From NCBI RefSeq assembly GCF_004010195.1, contig NC_057750.1:5945668-5965667 (forward strand): a stretch of 20,000 nt of DNA, in the 5' to 3' direction. A model generated the notes under the pieces. That model had not been told where the DNA came from. It made no database searches and saw only the letters and a program-made list of their open reading frames with translations. The stretch is from Chiloscyllium plagiosum (Eukaryota). The stretch's first letter is position 1, and each line of letters opens with the position of its first letter. Shown piece by piece: positions 18,731-20,000 of this stretch. A program made the position numbers and the translations under genes.

Positions 18731-19061
18731 ATGGGTGGCTCAGTGGTTAGCACTATTGCCTCACAGCACCAAGGACCCGGGTTCGATTCCACTCTCAGGC
18801 GCTGGTCTATTTGTAGTTTGCATATTCTCCTTGTGTCTGCATATGTTTCCTCCCACAGTTCAAAGATGTGCATGATAGGTGGATCGGCCATGAGAAATTG
18901 CCCCATAGTGTCCAGGGATGTATAAGCTAAGTGGCTTAGCCACAGGGAATGCAGGGTTACAGGGATAGGGCATGGGGATAGTTCTGGGTGGAATGCTGTT
19001 CAAAGGGTTGGTGGGACTTGATTGGCCGAATGGCCTGTTTCCATACCGTAGGGATTCTATG
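18731..19061 (+). mobile_element. HE1-like V-SINE
   Basis: ggtggctcagtggttagcact A box, ggttcgattcc B box, V-domain, tail ccataccgtagggattctatg. Confidence 0.93.
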
Positions 19062-19521
19062 AAAGTGCCATGCAGCCAAAGACATCGCTGTTGTGGTGCA
19101 GGTGACATGACTGGTGGGACATGCATTGCAAGATCCCCCAAAACAGCCTTCCAAGAATCTGTTCCAGTGAAACATTCTGTATTAAATCATTTCTCTCTCT
19201 CTCTTCCCATAGATTTTACCGGAGCAACAGAGTATTCTTCTTAACAGCACACGGGCTGTACTCAATACCCCCACTGACCCACCCACCCTCCAGGGTAGTT
19301 AGGGAGAGGCAATTTGTGTGCTACATCTCCCAGTCACATGAAGAGACATGTTCATGGTGTCAGCACTGTGCCCTAGCACGTGACCAAGGGCATAAAGGCC
19401 TCAGACTCCATCTTACTCCAGGGTCACTCGAAACATGACACTATTCAAATCACACTCATTTCCGACCTTATAGCATTAGCCCTGACACTTGTGTCTCTGA
19501 AGAATGTACCTGAAGAATGAA

Positions 19522-20000
19522 GGAGCTGTTTTTGTAAGGTGTGTTCAGGAGGGTTTCCTAACTTAGTACGTTGACAGACCGACGAGGGGAGAGGCCATTC
19601 TAGACTTGGTGCTCAGAAACGAGCTGGGGCAGATATCAGATCTTGTGGTGGGAGAGCATTTGAGATAGTGACCACAACTGCCTCACATTCTACATAGCTA
19701 TGGAGAAGGAGAGGATTAGACAAAATGGGAGGATATTTAGTTGGGGAAGAGGAAACTATGATGCAATTAGACATGAGTTAGGAAGCATGGATTGGGAGCA
19801 ATTGTTCCATGGTAAAGGCACTATAGACATGTGGAGACTGTTTAAGGAACAGTTGTTGCAAGTGATGAATAAATATGTCCTGAGACAGGCAAGAAGTGGT
19901 AAGATAAAGGAACCTTGGATGACGAGAGCGGTGAAGCTTCTCATCAAAAGGAAGAAGGTAGCTTACATAAGGTGGAGGAAGCTAAGGTCAAGCTCAGCTC
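19522..20000 (+). mobile_element. CR1 ORF2 pseudogene fragment: C-terminal APE endonuclease plus linker, running off the window
   Basis: From 19531: FVRCVQEGFLT*YVDRPTRGEAILDLVLRNELGQISDLVVGEH, frameshift near 19662, then DSDHNCLTFYIAME...DWEQLF...MWRLFKEQLL...KEPWMTRAVKLLIKRKKVAY; stop at 19564-19566. Confidence 0.95.

Noticed and set aside
18473..18925. 150-aa plus-strand ORF
   Set aside because: Second half is SINE sequence; first half is antisense to the putative terminal exon
327..19370. V(D)J recombination signal heptamers (CACAGTG/CACTGTG, for example 327, 666, 19364)
   Set aside because: No nonamer at 12 or 23 spacing at the sites I checked, and no Ig or TCR segment seen
19497..19522. 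Repeated CTGAAGAATG resembling hammerhead CUGAnGA boxes
   Set aside because: No helix II or GAAA follows; it is a short duplication at the CR1 5' junction

Overview
Eukaryotic, repeat-dense genomic DNA that looks like a cartilaginous fish (shark). More than half of it is decayed retroelements: many CR1-clade LINE 3' fragments (two retain RT or endonuclease motifs), about nine HE1-like V-SINE copies, Deu-domain and Meta-domain-like SINE remnants, an L2/CR1-type LINE sharing its tail with one SINE, Penelope-like remnants (some with decayed hammerhead ribozyme cores), a probable Tigger-like DNA transposon end and a 69-bp minisatellite. Almost all listed ORFs are repeat-derived or spurious, and no complete gene is present. 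The unique DNA fits an intergenic interval between two minus-strand genes: a putative terminal exon with poly(A) site at about 18658->17910 and a putative first coding exon (MDFTHRRNS|GTGAGT) at 3664->3638. Between them lie enhancer-like islands, one with a perfect DR5 retinoic-acid-response element plus two degenerate copies. I see no convincing novel multi-gene system. Repeat family names come from recalled consensus sequences, not a database search, and boundaries are approximate.
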